NCBI GenBank assembly: GCA_003210375.1
Contig: QCVM01000001.1
Location: 8,126 to 72,125, forward strand
From: Synechococcus sp. AG-686-B21
GTDB lineage: Bacteria > Cyanobacteriota > Cyanobacteriia > PCC-6307 > Cyanobiaceae
Length of the DNA: 64,000 nucleotides
Direction: 5' to 3'
Shown here: in pieces, positions 44,969 to 53,896 of the stretch
Position numbering within the stretch: the first letter of the stretch is position 1
Layout of the letters: every line of letters begins with the position of its first letter
The notes under the pieces: model-generated
Database searches by the model: none
Told to the model about the DNA's origin: nothing
Seen by the model: only the letters and a program-made list of their open reading frames with translations
Position numbers and translations under genes: made by a program

Positions 44969-46384
44969 TCAGACATACAGGTCTTCGCGGGGGTAACCAA
45001 CCCGATTCTGACGTTGGACGTGGATTTGCTCTCGAGTCGCGGCTTCCCAGATTGCGCTAAGCAGCAAAAGGATGCCGAGACGACCCACAAACATGCCCAG
45101 CAGAAGCACGGCTTGTCCGAATCGACTGAGTTCTGCAGTGACCCCTAGATCGAGTCCCACTGTCGCGAAAGCCGATACGCAAGTGAATAACATCTCCAAA
45201 AATGTGAATGAGTCTTCGCCATTGAGGTTGCTGCTAACACTGATCAACAGGGCCATCGCCAGCACAAACAGAAGCGACGCAACAGTGATACCAACCGCGC
45301 GTAGCACCACTTTGTCTGCAATCTCACGGTTGCGAATCACCACGGCTTCCCGTCCCCGAAGGGTGGAGCGGGTGGCTGCCATCAGTGCTGCCACCGTTGT
45401 GGTTTTGATGCCACCGCCTGTTCCGCCAGGACTGGCGCCAATGAACATCAAGGTCATCAACAGCAACAAACCGGATTCAGTGATGTTCTCCAAAGACAGC
45501 GGAACGGTGGTGAAGCCAGCCGTGCGGGCCGTGACGGATTCAAAGAGGGCCGTCATCGAGCGCTCCGACCATGTCATTTCAATAAATACCCCGCCCTTGT
45601 TCAGCCACTCGGTCATGGCGAGGCCCAGGGTCCCAAAACCAATCAGAAGAAACGAGGTGCGTAATACAAGTCGTGAATGAAGGCTGAGACGTCGGCGGCC
45701 GCGGCCTCGGCGAAATCCTTGGGTTGCAAGGTCACTGGTCACTCTCCAGCCCAGTCCTCCCGTGATGATGAGCACCATGACCACTCCATTCACCACCGGA
45801 TTGGCGTTGTAACGCTCCAGGCTGTCTGACCAAAGCCCAAATCCAGCATTGTTGTAGGCAGAGATGCTATGGAACACCGCCGCCCACAATCTCTCCCCAC
45901 GATTGGGAATGTCGTCGAATCCGTAGTTGTAGAGCACCAACGCCCCCAACAAAATCACCACAAGGGCGGTGAGGATGATGGCGCGAAAGGTGCTTCCGAC
46001 TCCTCCTACACCAAATTCGTCGAGGGTTTGGCCACGGTCCAATCGGCGGCGTAGGGCAGTGCCATGCATCACAAATCCTTGAAGGAAGGTGGTGATTGCC
46101 ATTAAGCCAAGCCCCCCCGTCAGGATCATCAGAGCCAAAACCACCTGGCCAAAGGCGGTGAGATCCACACCGATATCAATGATGGAGAGTCCCGTGACTG
46201 TGATGGCCGATGTCGCTGTGAACAGCGCTTCCCAAAGTCCAACGCGGCTGGTGGAACACAGCGGTGTTGCCAGTAGCAGTGTTCCGAGAAACACCACCAG
46301 CAAACCAGTCACGACGGTGAACTGCGGCACGGTGAGGCGTAGGCGCCACCGCTGGCTTCTCTCAATGGCCTTTCGGATGGGCAA
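44969..46384 (-). CDS. Trk/Ktr K+ uptake membrane subunit (TrkH/KtrB)
   Basis: TVTGL, NNAGF, RTAGF, ATVGL pore loops; GTGGGIK. Confidence 0.93.
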   Translation of the reverse strand: MPIRKAIERSQRWRLRLTVPQFTVVTGLLVVFLGTLLLATPLCSTSRVGLWEALFTATSAITVTGLSIIDIGVDLTAFGQVVLALMILTGGLGLMAITTFLQGFVMHGTALRRRLDRGQTLDEFGVGGVGSTFRAIILTALVVILLGALVLYNYGFDDIPNRGERLWAAVFHSISAYNNAGFGLWSDSLERYNANPVVNGVVMVLIITGGLGWRVTSDLATQGFRRGRGRRRLSLHSRLVLRTSFLLIGFGTLGLAMTEWLNKGGVFIEMTWSERSMTALFESVTARTAGFTTVPLSLENITESGLLLLMTLMFIGASPGGTGGGIKTTTVAALMAATRSTLRGREAVVIRNREIADKVVLRAVGITVASLLFVLAMALLISVSSNLNGEDSFTFLEMLFTCVSAFATVGLDLGVTAELSRFGQAVLLLGMFVGRLGILLLLSAIWEAATREQIHVQRQNRVGYPREDLYV

Positions 46385-46419
46385 GGGCTATGCCTCAGTG
46401 CGACCAGTGTTAGTCAGGA

Positions 46420-48225
46420 TCAGCCGTATTGCCAAAGGATCAGAGCAGGGATCAATGCGGTCATGATCAATGTGAGTCCTAAGCCATAGCGAGTCACATC
46501 GAGGAACCGATACCTGCCTGGGCCGAACACCATCAGGTTGGTTTGATATCCCACGGGGGTAAGGAATGATTGGCTTGCCCCAAACAACACGGTGATTAAC
46601 AGGGCGAAAGGGGAGAGCCCGAGGGCTGGAGCCAGTTGCACGGCCACTGGGGCCAAGAGGGCGACCGAGGCGGCGTTGCTCATGACTTGGGTGAGAAGAG
46701 TGGTCCCAAGGAAGATCACCACGAGGGCGTAATAAATGGGCCAGCCATCAATCCACTGTTGGACTCCAGCGGCCAGGGCATCGGCGAGACCTGTGGTTTG
46801 CAGCGCCACACTGAAGCTGGTGAGGGATCCAAGCAGTAAAATCACATCAAGGCGGATCGAACGTTGCAGTTCTCCAAGGCGTAAGCATCCCGTGGCCACC
46901 ACCGCCACCATGGCGAGCAGCACGGCCGCGACAAGTGGGATGGGGGTGATGGTGGGCAGCACCAGCATGAGGATGGCGATGCCTATGGCTACTGGTTTGC
47001 GACCAACCGTGGGGAGGTCGTCTTCCAGTCGGTCGAGCACCAATAGGTCATTGCTCGCTTGAAGGCCGCGAATTGAATCGAACGGAGCCTGTAAAAGCAA
47101 CACATCGCCTTCTCGGAGCACCACTTGCCCCAGCCGTTCTTGAACGGTTTCTTGGCCGCGGCGTAGAGCTAACACCGTGGCGTTATGCCGTTGCCTGAAC
47201 CGCAGTTCCCGCAGGCTGGCTCCGGCAAGGGTAGACCCTGCGGGTAGCAACACCTCCACCGTTTTCTGGCCACTGACCTGGCTGGAATTCAGGCTGGTGC
47301 CAGCGTTTTTCCCTTGGGTTGTCAGTTGCACTGTGTGGTCTTGTTGAAGACGCAGTAAGTCGTCTCGCGTGACTCGCAACACCAGGTGATCGCCTGCTTC
47401 CAATCGACGATCAGCCAAGGGGGGAAGGAGCCGTTCCCCCCCCCGTTGGATTTCAATGACGTCGACATCAAACCGGCGTTGGAGCCGACTGTTCAACAGT
47501 GATTGACCGACCAATTCTGAGGCGGACGGGATGGTGACCTCGGTGCAATACCCGCTTCGTTGGGGGCTTAAATTATCGATATCATTGCCGCGGTCTGGAA
47601 GCAGGGCACGGGGTGCCAACACTAAATAGAGCGCACCGACAAGCCAAACGGGCAGGCTGATCAGCGTGAAGGTGAACAACTCAAACGACCCATAGCCCAG
47701 TTGCTGGCTGATGTCGCTCACCAGAAGATTCACTGAGCTGCCCAACAGCGTGAGCGTTCCCCCCAGCACGGTGGAAAACGACAAGGGAAGCAGAACTCTT
47801 GATGGTGAAATTCCACGGCGATGGCACCAGTTCTCAACTACCGGAAGCAGGGATGCCACAACGGGTGTGTTGGGGACCACCCCTGAAACTGGTGCAATCA
47901 CAAAGGCCATGAGCGCGACCAGCCGCCTTGGGGATCGGATCCGCTCTGAGGCAATTAAGCCTCGCAATCGATCCAGTGCTCCACTCTTGAACAGGGCGGC
48001 TGATACAGGGAACAGTCCAAGCAGGGTGATGAGGGCCGGACTACCAAAGCCAACCAGGGCTTCTTGCGGGCTGAGGACTCCACATGCCAGTAACAGCCCC
48101 AGGCTCAGCAATCCTGTTAACTCTGGGGCTAAAGCTCCAGTGATGAACAGAACCACAGCGAGTCCGAGCACCGACAACGTGATCAAAGCGTGCGGTGTCT
48201 GAAGCGCGCTGATCAACTCGGTCAT
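46420..48225 (-). CDS. SLC13/DASS family permease with TrkA-C domains
   Basis: GGTLTLLGSSVNL, MSNAA, TPVGYQTNLMV. Confidence 0.9.
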   Translation of the reverse strand: MTELISALQTPHALITLSVLGLAVVLFITGALAPELTGLLSLGLLLACGVLSPQEALVGFGSPALITLLGLFPVSAALFKSGALDRLRGLIASERIRSPRRLVALMAFVIAPVSGVVPNTPVVASLLPVVENWCHRRGISPSRVLLPLSFSTVLGGTLTLLGSSVNLLVSDISQQLGYGSFELFTFTLISLPVWLVGALYLVLAPRALLPDRGNDIDNLSPQRSGYCTEVTIPSASELVGQSLLNSRLQRRFDVDVIEIQRGGERLLPPLADRRLEAGDHLVLRVTRDDLLRLQQDHTVQLTTQGKNAGTSLNSSQVSGQKTVEVLLPAGSTLAGASLRELRFRQRHNATVLALRRGQETVQERLGQVVLREGDVLLLQAPFDSIRGLQASNDLLVLDRLEDDLPTVGRKPVAIGIAILMLVLPTITPIPLVAAVLLAMVAVVATGCLRLGELQRSIRLDVILLLGSLTSFSVALQTTGLADALAAGVQQWIDGWPIYYALVVIFLGTTLLTQVMSNAASVALLAPVAVQLAPALGLSPFALLITVLFGASQSFLTPVGYQTNLMVFGPGRYRFLDVTRYGLGLTLIMTALIPALILWQYG

Positions 48226-49889
48226 GGCGCCAGATCGCTGGTCGTCGTCGTTGTGGATTCTGCATCGGCATCAAAAAATTGTTCGCGCAGCCAGTCTTGA
48301 AGGCCCTGCAGACCATCACCCCGAACAGCGGAGAGAAACAGTGCATCGGGTTCCTGGTCGCGAATGGAGTGAATCGCTTCGAGGTCGCAGCGGTCGATCT
48401 GATTGGCCACCACGCGACGCAGGGCAGTACTCCCCAAGGAATCAAGCAAGCGATGCACTGTGCTGAGCTGACCAATCCAGTCAGGATCAGCAAGATCAAC
48501 AACGATCAGCAATAGATCGGCATCCAGGGCTTCTTCGAGGGTGGCGCGAAACGCTTCCACCAAAGGTTTGGGGAGGTCGCGAATGAACCCCACCGTGTCG
48601 GTGAGCAACATGCGTTGGGGCCGTTCCCCAGGACGAGGCAGGTCGAGCTTGCGGGTTGTGGGGTCGAGGGTGGCGAACAATTTGTTTTCAGCTAACACGC
48701 GATCACTTTCCCGTTGTCCGCACAGGGCATTGAGCAGACTCGACTTGCCTGCATTGGTGTACCCAACCAATGCAACCCGTGGCAGGCCACGCCGTTGATC
48801 ACGGAGACGGCTGCGATGGGCTTGTAGTTGTTGTTGCTCCCTCAGAAGTCGTTCGATTCTTCGACTAATCGCTCGACGGTCTTTTTCCAGCTGGGTTTCA
48901 CCAGGCCCTCGGGTGCCAATGCCTCCCCCTTGGCGCGACATGCTTTGGCCTCGGCCTAGGAGCCGGGGGAGTCGGTAGCGCAATTGGGCTAGTTCCACCT
49001 GCAGGCGTCCTGCAGCACTGCCTGCCCTCTGGGCAAAAATGTCGAGGATGAGCTCGCTGCGGTCTGAAACCGGGCAGTTCACAAAGCGTTCAATGTTGCG
49101 TGCTTGAACTGGGGTGAGTTCACGATCCGTGATCACCAGCGAAGCGCCGTTTCGACGCACCTCTAGGGCGGCCTCTTGGAGTTTCCCTTTCCCCCAAAGG
49201 GTTTGGGGATTTGTGCTGCCGCTTTTTTGGCTCATCACAGCGACAGGTTGACCTCCTGCACTGCGAACGAGCCCTTCCAGTTCGGCCAATTCACGTTCGC
49301 TTTCGGATGAATCGTGGCCGATCAGCGTGAGTAAGAGCACGCGTTCCATGCCCTCGGCGGCCACGGCGATGGGTTGGGAGAGTTCGTACTCCAACTCGCG
49401 TTCGCAGAGCTCCCGCAGGTCTCCCGTCTCTTGGTGGCACCAGCCATCCGATTCCTTGGAATCGGGATAGAGCAGTTCGGCCGTTCGGATCCCATCGGCG
49501 CCGGGTTTTGGGGCAAAGCGCAACCATTGCCGAGGCGCGATGTCCAGAGCCACGACGGCATCGGCCGGATCTGAATTCAAACCATCTCTGCAAAACGGGC
49601 AACTCACCAGTCGCCAACCGCCGCTTTGGCGACGGGGCGCCTGGGGGAGGTGGTTCAGCGGGGAGTCGTTGCCCGAGAGGGGGCCGAGCCACAGGAGTCG
49701 GCACAGGCCACGACCATCAATGATCAAATGCAGTGGAGTCTTGAGTTCCAACACAAGCTCACTCAGGCGCTCCAGGGTGAGCAGCTCAAGGCCGTCCTCT
49801 GGATGGCGGCGTTGACTGAGGCGATCGAGCTGACGCTCTTGGCTGCGACGCAGGCCTTTGGTGCGGCCACCGAGATGCGCTTGTTTCAA
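48222..49889 (-). CDS. hflX: GTPase HflX
   Basis: GIGTRGPGETQLE, GYTNAGKS, DTVGFI. Confidence 0.95.
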   Translation of the reverse strand: MKQAHLGGRTKGLRRSQERQLDRLSQRRHPEDGLELLTLERLSELVLELKTPLHLIIDGRGLCRLLWLGPLSGNDSPLNHLPQAPRRQSGGWRLVSCPFCRDGLNSDPADAVVALDIAPRQWLRFAPKPGADGIRTAELLYPDSKESDGWCHQETGDLRELCERELEYELSQPIAVAAEGMERVLLLTLIGHDSSESERELAELEGLVRSAGGQPVAVMSQKSGSTNPQTLWGKGKLQEAALEVRRNGASLVITDRELTPVQARNIERFVNCPVSDRSELILDIFAQRAGSAAGRLQVELAQLRYRLPRLLGRGQSMSRQGGGIGTRGPGETQLEKDRRAISRRIERLLREQQQLQAHRSRLRDQRRGLPRVALVGYTNAGKSSLLNALCGQRESDRVLAENKLFATLDPTTRKLDLPRPGERPQRMLLTDTVGFIRDLPKPLVEAFRATLEEALDADLLLIVVDLADPDWIGQLSTVHRLLDSLGSTALRRVVANQIDRCDLEAIHSIRDQEPDALFLSAVRGDGLQGLQDWLREQFFDADAESTTTTTSDLAP

Positions 49890-51040
49890 CGGTTCAGCAA
49901 CCAGGCACCGGCGGAACGAACACCCACCGATAGGCCAGGCATACGTGTGAGATAGGCCGCTCGACGAAGTTGAAAGGCGAGAGGTCCTGCGAGGGTGATT
50001 CCGAGCCCAGTCAGGGTGGCGTCTCCGATGCCGAGGCTGAGCATTTCGCCTTGATCATTGAATTCAAAGGTCGGCGGCGCTTCGCCAGCTTGCAGTGCAG
50101 CAATGGCTGTACCGACGGCTTCTCCCTGCTGCATCGCCACCTGGGCATTCGCTGGGACCGGGTGATCGGCGTCGATCGCAAGATCACCAATGGCGAACAC
50201 ATCAGGGCTGTCTTGGAGCCGCAGATCAGCGTTGACGGCTAGGTGGCCTCGATGCAATCGGGGGAGTGGCTGGAGGGAAGGCACATTGGCCTGACTGCCT
50301 GCAGTCCAGATCAAACCCTGGTGCTGAATATCCTCCTCTTCAGAGAACACCACCCGATCGGCCTCAACCCGAGCCACATCCTTATTCATGTGGAGGCAGA
50401 CGTCTTTCCTCTCAAGGGCAGCACTGGCGCGTTCTCGATTAAATGCGGAGCTGTTGGGAAGAATGCTGTCCCCCTTCTCAATCAGATGAATTCTGGCGTT
50501 GCCGTTCAGTAGGTCGGCCAGCTTGCAAGACAGTTCAACACCGGTCGGGCCTGCGCCAACAATGGCGAGTGACGCGTTGGGCTGTCTCTGGTGCACTAAA
50601 TCCTGAATGCGATTACGGAGGTATCGAACATCGCTGAGGTTGCGGAATCCATGGCTGTGTTCTTTCACCCCAGGAATTCCGAAATCGTTGGGTTGTGATC
50701 CCGTAGCAATCACCAATTGCTTCCAGGGGATGCGATCCCCGGAACGTGTTTGCAAGGTGTGATTGGAGCGATCGATGCTTACCACCTCGTCCTGCAACCA
50801 ACAAATTCCGTTGTGGCTTACTAGTTGGTTGTATTGAGGCGCTACTTCCCACTCCTGCAACTCATGGCTGAGAAGTTCATAGAGCAAGGGTTGAAACAAA
50901 AACTCCCCTCGAGGTTCTATGAGCACCACATGGCAATGAGGTAAACGTTTTTGGATGGCGAGAGCCGCAAACCATCCAGCAAATCCGCCGCCGACAATCA
51001 CCACGGCATTTGCCGAAGACGTTGGTGATGTCATGGTCAA
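49886..51040 (-). CDS. Type-2 NADH dehydrogenase-like FAD oxidoreductase
   Basis: GGGFAG, FQPLLYE, GAGPTGVEL, AQVAMQQG. Confidence 0.88.
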   Translation of the reverse strand: MTMTSPTSSANAVVIVGGGFAGWFAALAIQKRLPHCHVVLIEPRGEFLFQPLLYELLSHELQEWEVAPQYNQLVSHNGICWLQDEVVSIDRSNHTLQTRSGDRIPWKQLVIATGSQPNDFGIPGVKEHSHGFRNLSDVRYLRNRIQDLVHQRQPNASLAIVGAGPTGVELSCKLADLLNGNARIHLIEKGDSILPNSSAFNRERASAALERKDVCLHMNKDVARVEADRVVFSEEEDIQHQGLIWTAGSQANVPSLQPLPRLHRGHLAVNADLRLQDSPDVFAIGDLAIDADHPVPANAQVAMQQGEAVGTAIAALQAGEAPPTFEFNDQGEMLSLGIGDATLTGLGITLAGPLAFQLRRAAYLTRMPGLSVGVRSAGAWLLNR

Positions 51041-51100
51041 GTCAAGCTTTCGCTAACGATAGGCAAAGTGTCGGAACCGGCGACAGGGGAGGATGGCCGC

Positions 51101-51892
51101 ATGACGGAGGGTCCTGACGGAATGGTGCGCACGTCGGCGGCAGCCCAGCAGGCCGATCTGCGGTCTGAATTGCAGCAGCAGAACCGCTCGGTTTTGGAAG
51201 GTCTTGCTCCTCAGGAACGCTTGGCCTGGGCGCATCAACAGTTTGGTGAGCAGTTTGCGCTCACCACAAGCTTTGGAATCCAGTCATCGGTGCTGTTGCA
51301 CATGTTGAGCCAGTTGCCGGGAGGCAATGCGGTCCCGGTGATTTGGGTCGATACCGGTTATCTCCCTGCAGAGACCTACACCTACGTTGAACAGCTCATG
51401 GAGTTGTTCGATATCCGACTCGTTGTGGCACAAAGTGTGATGTCTCCAGCACGAATGGAAGCACTGCATGGCCGCCTCTGGGAGTCGGGCACGGTGGCTG
51501 ATCTGGAGCTTTATCACCGGATTCGCAAAGTGGATCCGTTGGAAGAATCGTTGGCCCAGTTGGACATCCAGTGTTGGGCCAGTGGGGTTAGGCGCGGCCA
51601 GACGGATCACCGCCGCTCGATGACTTGGCTTGATCCAATTCGAGACAGGCTCTCGCTAAGACCGGTCCTGGACTGGACCAAAAAGGATATTTTCTATTAC
51701 ATGAATGACAACGATTTGCCCCAGCATCCTTTGTTCGATCAGGGCTATTCCACCGTGGGGGATTGGCATTCCAGTGGTCCCGATGCTGGAGATCTCAACG
51801 GCCGAGATACGCGTTTTAGTGGCTTAAAGCAGGAATGCGGCATTCACTTGCCTCAGGAGGAGGTGGAAGGACTCTTGGGAGAAGGCATCTGA
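51101..51892 (+). CDS. cysH: Phosphoadenylyl-sulfate (PAPS) reductase
   Basis: TSFGIQS, DTGYL, GYSTVGD, ECGIH; GGAGG upstream of the ATG. Confidence 0.93.
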   Translation: MTEGPDGMVRTSAAAQQADLRSELQQQNRSVLEGLAPQERLAWAHQQFGEQFALTTSFGIQSSVLLHMLSQLPGGNAVPVIWVDTGYLPAETYTYVEQLMELFDIRLVVAQSVMSPARMEALHGRLWESGTVADLELYHRIRKVDPLEESLAQLDIQCWASGVRRGQTDHRRSMTWLDPIRDRLSLRPVLDWTKKDIFYYMNDNDLPQHPLFDQGYSTVGDWHSSGPDAGDLNGRDTRFSGLKQECGIHLPQEEVEGLLGEGI

Positions 51893-51894
51893 CG

Positions 51895-52590
51895 TTGACA
51901 CCCCAACAGGTCACACGGGTGTTGTTGATCGGCAATAGCCGATGGCACTGGGGAGAACGGAATGCTTTTGGTCTGCACTTCGACCATGCTTTGCCGGATG
52001 TGGCTCGTCTTGAGGGGGGACTGGGGGGATGGGCGGCAGTGGGAGCCGTCCCAGCGCAGTTGATGTCAGCTGACCAACGGCGGATCATGCTCGGGGATGT
52101 TCCACTGGCTGGTTGCCCCCCTTGGCTGGGGGTGGATCGGGCGATTGGTGCGTGGGCTGGATGGACTCGCAGTTCGACATTGTCGTTGGACCTCAGGTCC
52201 GGACTGCTGCTGGTGGATGCCGGCACGGTGTTGAGCCTCACGGTGTTGTCGCCAGATGGAGAGTTTGTTGGTGGTCAGCTCATCCCTGGCTACAGGCTTC
52301 AGCTTTCAGCGATGACGCAAGGGACAGAGGCTTTGCCTGAAACGGTTTTTGCTGCCCCTGGGAAGGAACAATTTCCAAAAGACACCATGTCGGCGATGCG
52401 TCGTGGCGTCCTTCAGGCGATGGTCAGCGCTGTTCAGGATGCGCAGAGGGCCTGCGGAGGTCTGCTCTGGCTGTGCGGAGGCGATGCGGAGCTCCTCGCA
52501 ATCGAACTTCGACATTCGTCCCCACAACTGCAACTGGATCCGGAGTTACAGCTGCGGGGATTATTCGATCTCCTAGACGCATCGATTTAG
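51895..52590 (+). CDS. coaX: Type III pantothenate kinase
   Basis: IGNSR, LGVDR, VDAGT, GGQLIPG, GGDA. Confidence 0.9.
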   Translation: MTPQQVTRVLLIGNSRWHWGERNAFGLHFDHALPDVARLEGGLGGWAAVGAVPAQLMSADQRRIMLGDVPLAGCPPWLGVDRAIGAWAGWTRSSTLSLDLRSGLLLVDAGTVLSLTVLSPDGEFVGGQLIPGYRLQLSAMTQGTEALPETVFAAPGKEQFPKDTMSAMRRGVLQAMVSAVQDAQRACGGLLWLCGGDAELLAIELRHSSPQLQLDPELQLRGLFDLLDASI

Positions 52591-53054
52591 TCGAGCCCTA
52601 AGTCACTCAGCAGAGTGTCGGCCATTGTTGCTGCCTTCACCTTTAAGTAAAGACGCTCGATGCGTCCTTCCGCATCGATCACAACGGTGTGGCGCATCAT
52701 CCCCATGTATTCACGACCCATAAATTTTTTGAGGCCGTAGCTGTCGTAGAGACTGGCCACAGCGCAAGGTTCTTCGTCCGTTAAGAGTGTGAACGGGAGA
52801 GAGTGTTTGCTGATGAACTTGGTATGGGAGGCAGCGTTGTCTTTGCTGATGCCAAACACTTTGATGTTGTGGTCTTCGAAGCGTTCCCAGCGGTCTCTGA
52901 AATTGCAGGCTTCTTTCGTGCAGCCTGGAGTGTCGTCTTTTGGGTAGAAATAAAGGATGACCCGTTGTCCCTTGAGCGAGGAGAGCTGGACAGATTCACC
53001 GTCTTGATTGGGAAGTGTGAAATCTGGAGCTGGATCTCCGACTTGAAGGGGCAT
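52587..53054 (-). CDS. bcp: Thioredoxin-dependent thiol peroxidase (BCP)
   Basis: YFYPKDDTPGCTKEACNFRD. Confidence 0.95.
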   Translation of the reverse strand: MPLQVGDPAPDFTLPNQDGESVQLSSLKGQRVILYFYPKDDTPGCTKEACNFRDRWERFEDHNIKVFGISKDNAASHTKFISKHSLPFTLLTDEEPCAVASLYDSYGLKKFMGREYMGMMRHTVVIDAEGRIERLYLKVKAATMADTLLSDLGLD

Positions 53055-53089
53055 GAGGATAAATAGTTGCTTCTGTAAAATTGTAAGGG

Positions 53090-53821
53090 TTGAAAGAAGA
53101 TGAAACGTTCCAATTAGTGGAGCTGGAACTGGATGTTGGAGTTTATGGGGTTAAGATAGTTTCATCAGTTTTAAAGAAAGGGATTTCTCCTGTTGTGGTA
53201 TCTGAGTTCTTAGATATTTTGCATTTACCTAAAATATTCAAGCTAGCTTTTATTTGCTTGTCTACAGGTTTTATTTTGTCGCCCCCGGCTGCGAATGGAC
53301 AAGTGTTGGCCGATCTCTGTATTCGTTCGAAAGCTTTTAATCCTGCTTTGGCTAGGAGGTGTGAGAATTTTAATATTTTCCTCGAAACAGGAAAGATTGA
53401 TGGTCACTCGTTAACGGTTGATTTGCAAAAATCAGGCTGGAAGATTGATGAAATCAGAATGGGAATAAATAGAAAGTATTCGGTGGATATTGTAAGTGTT
53501 TCCCGTTATTTGAATTCAGATAGTGGGATTGAATTCTTGAAAGGTCAGACTGCTTATTACTCCCCGAGATGGGGTAAAAAGAGCACAGCAATTGCGGCGC
53601 TACGCTCTGCAATACTTGCAGATTCGGCGGATGGCAAGATTTCAAGTGTCGGAATTATGGCATCGTTGCCTGTTGAATTTAGTTTTTCCGATTCTTTTGG
53701 TAAAAACTACATTCGGAGCGGTATTTGCGCTCCCAGCATGTGTAATGGACATGAGCAGTGTAACTCGCTGCTCTCATGGTATGTATTTCTGCCAGCTTGT
53801 ATTTGTGCAAATTCTAAATAG
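53090..53821 (+). CDS. AT-rich hypothetical protein, DUF1400-like with Cys-rich C-terminus
   Basis: FLETG, ALRSAILADSADGKIS...LPV; true start probably downstream. Confidence 0.6.
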   Translation: MKEDETFQLVELELDVGVYGVKIVSSVLKKGISPVVVSEFLDILHLPKIFKLAFICLSTGFILSPPAANGQVLADLCIRSKAFNPALARRCENFNIFLETGKIDGHSLTVDLQKSGWKIDEIRMGINRKYSVDIVSVSRYLNSDSGIEFLKGQTAYYSPRWGKKSTAIAALRSAILADSADGKISSVGIMASLPVEFSFSDSFGKNYIRSGICAPSMCNGHEQCNSLLSWYVFLPACICANSK

Positions 53822-53896
53822 TTTTAATTATTGAATTGTATTGCAGTTGTCAATCCTCTAGAATTAATTTATTCGTATTAATTGCATATTTGTCAT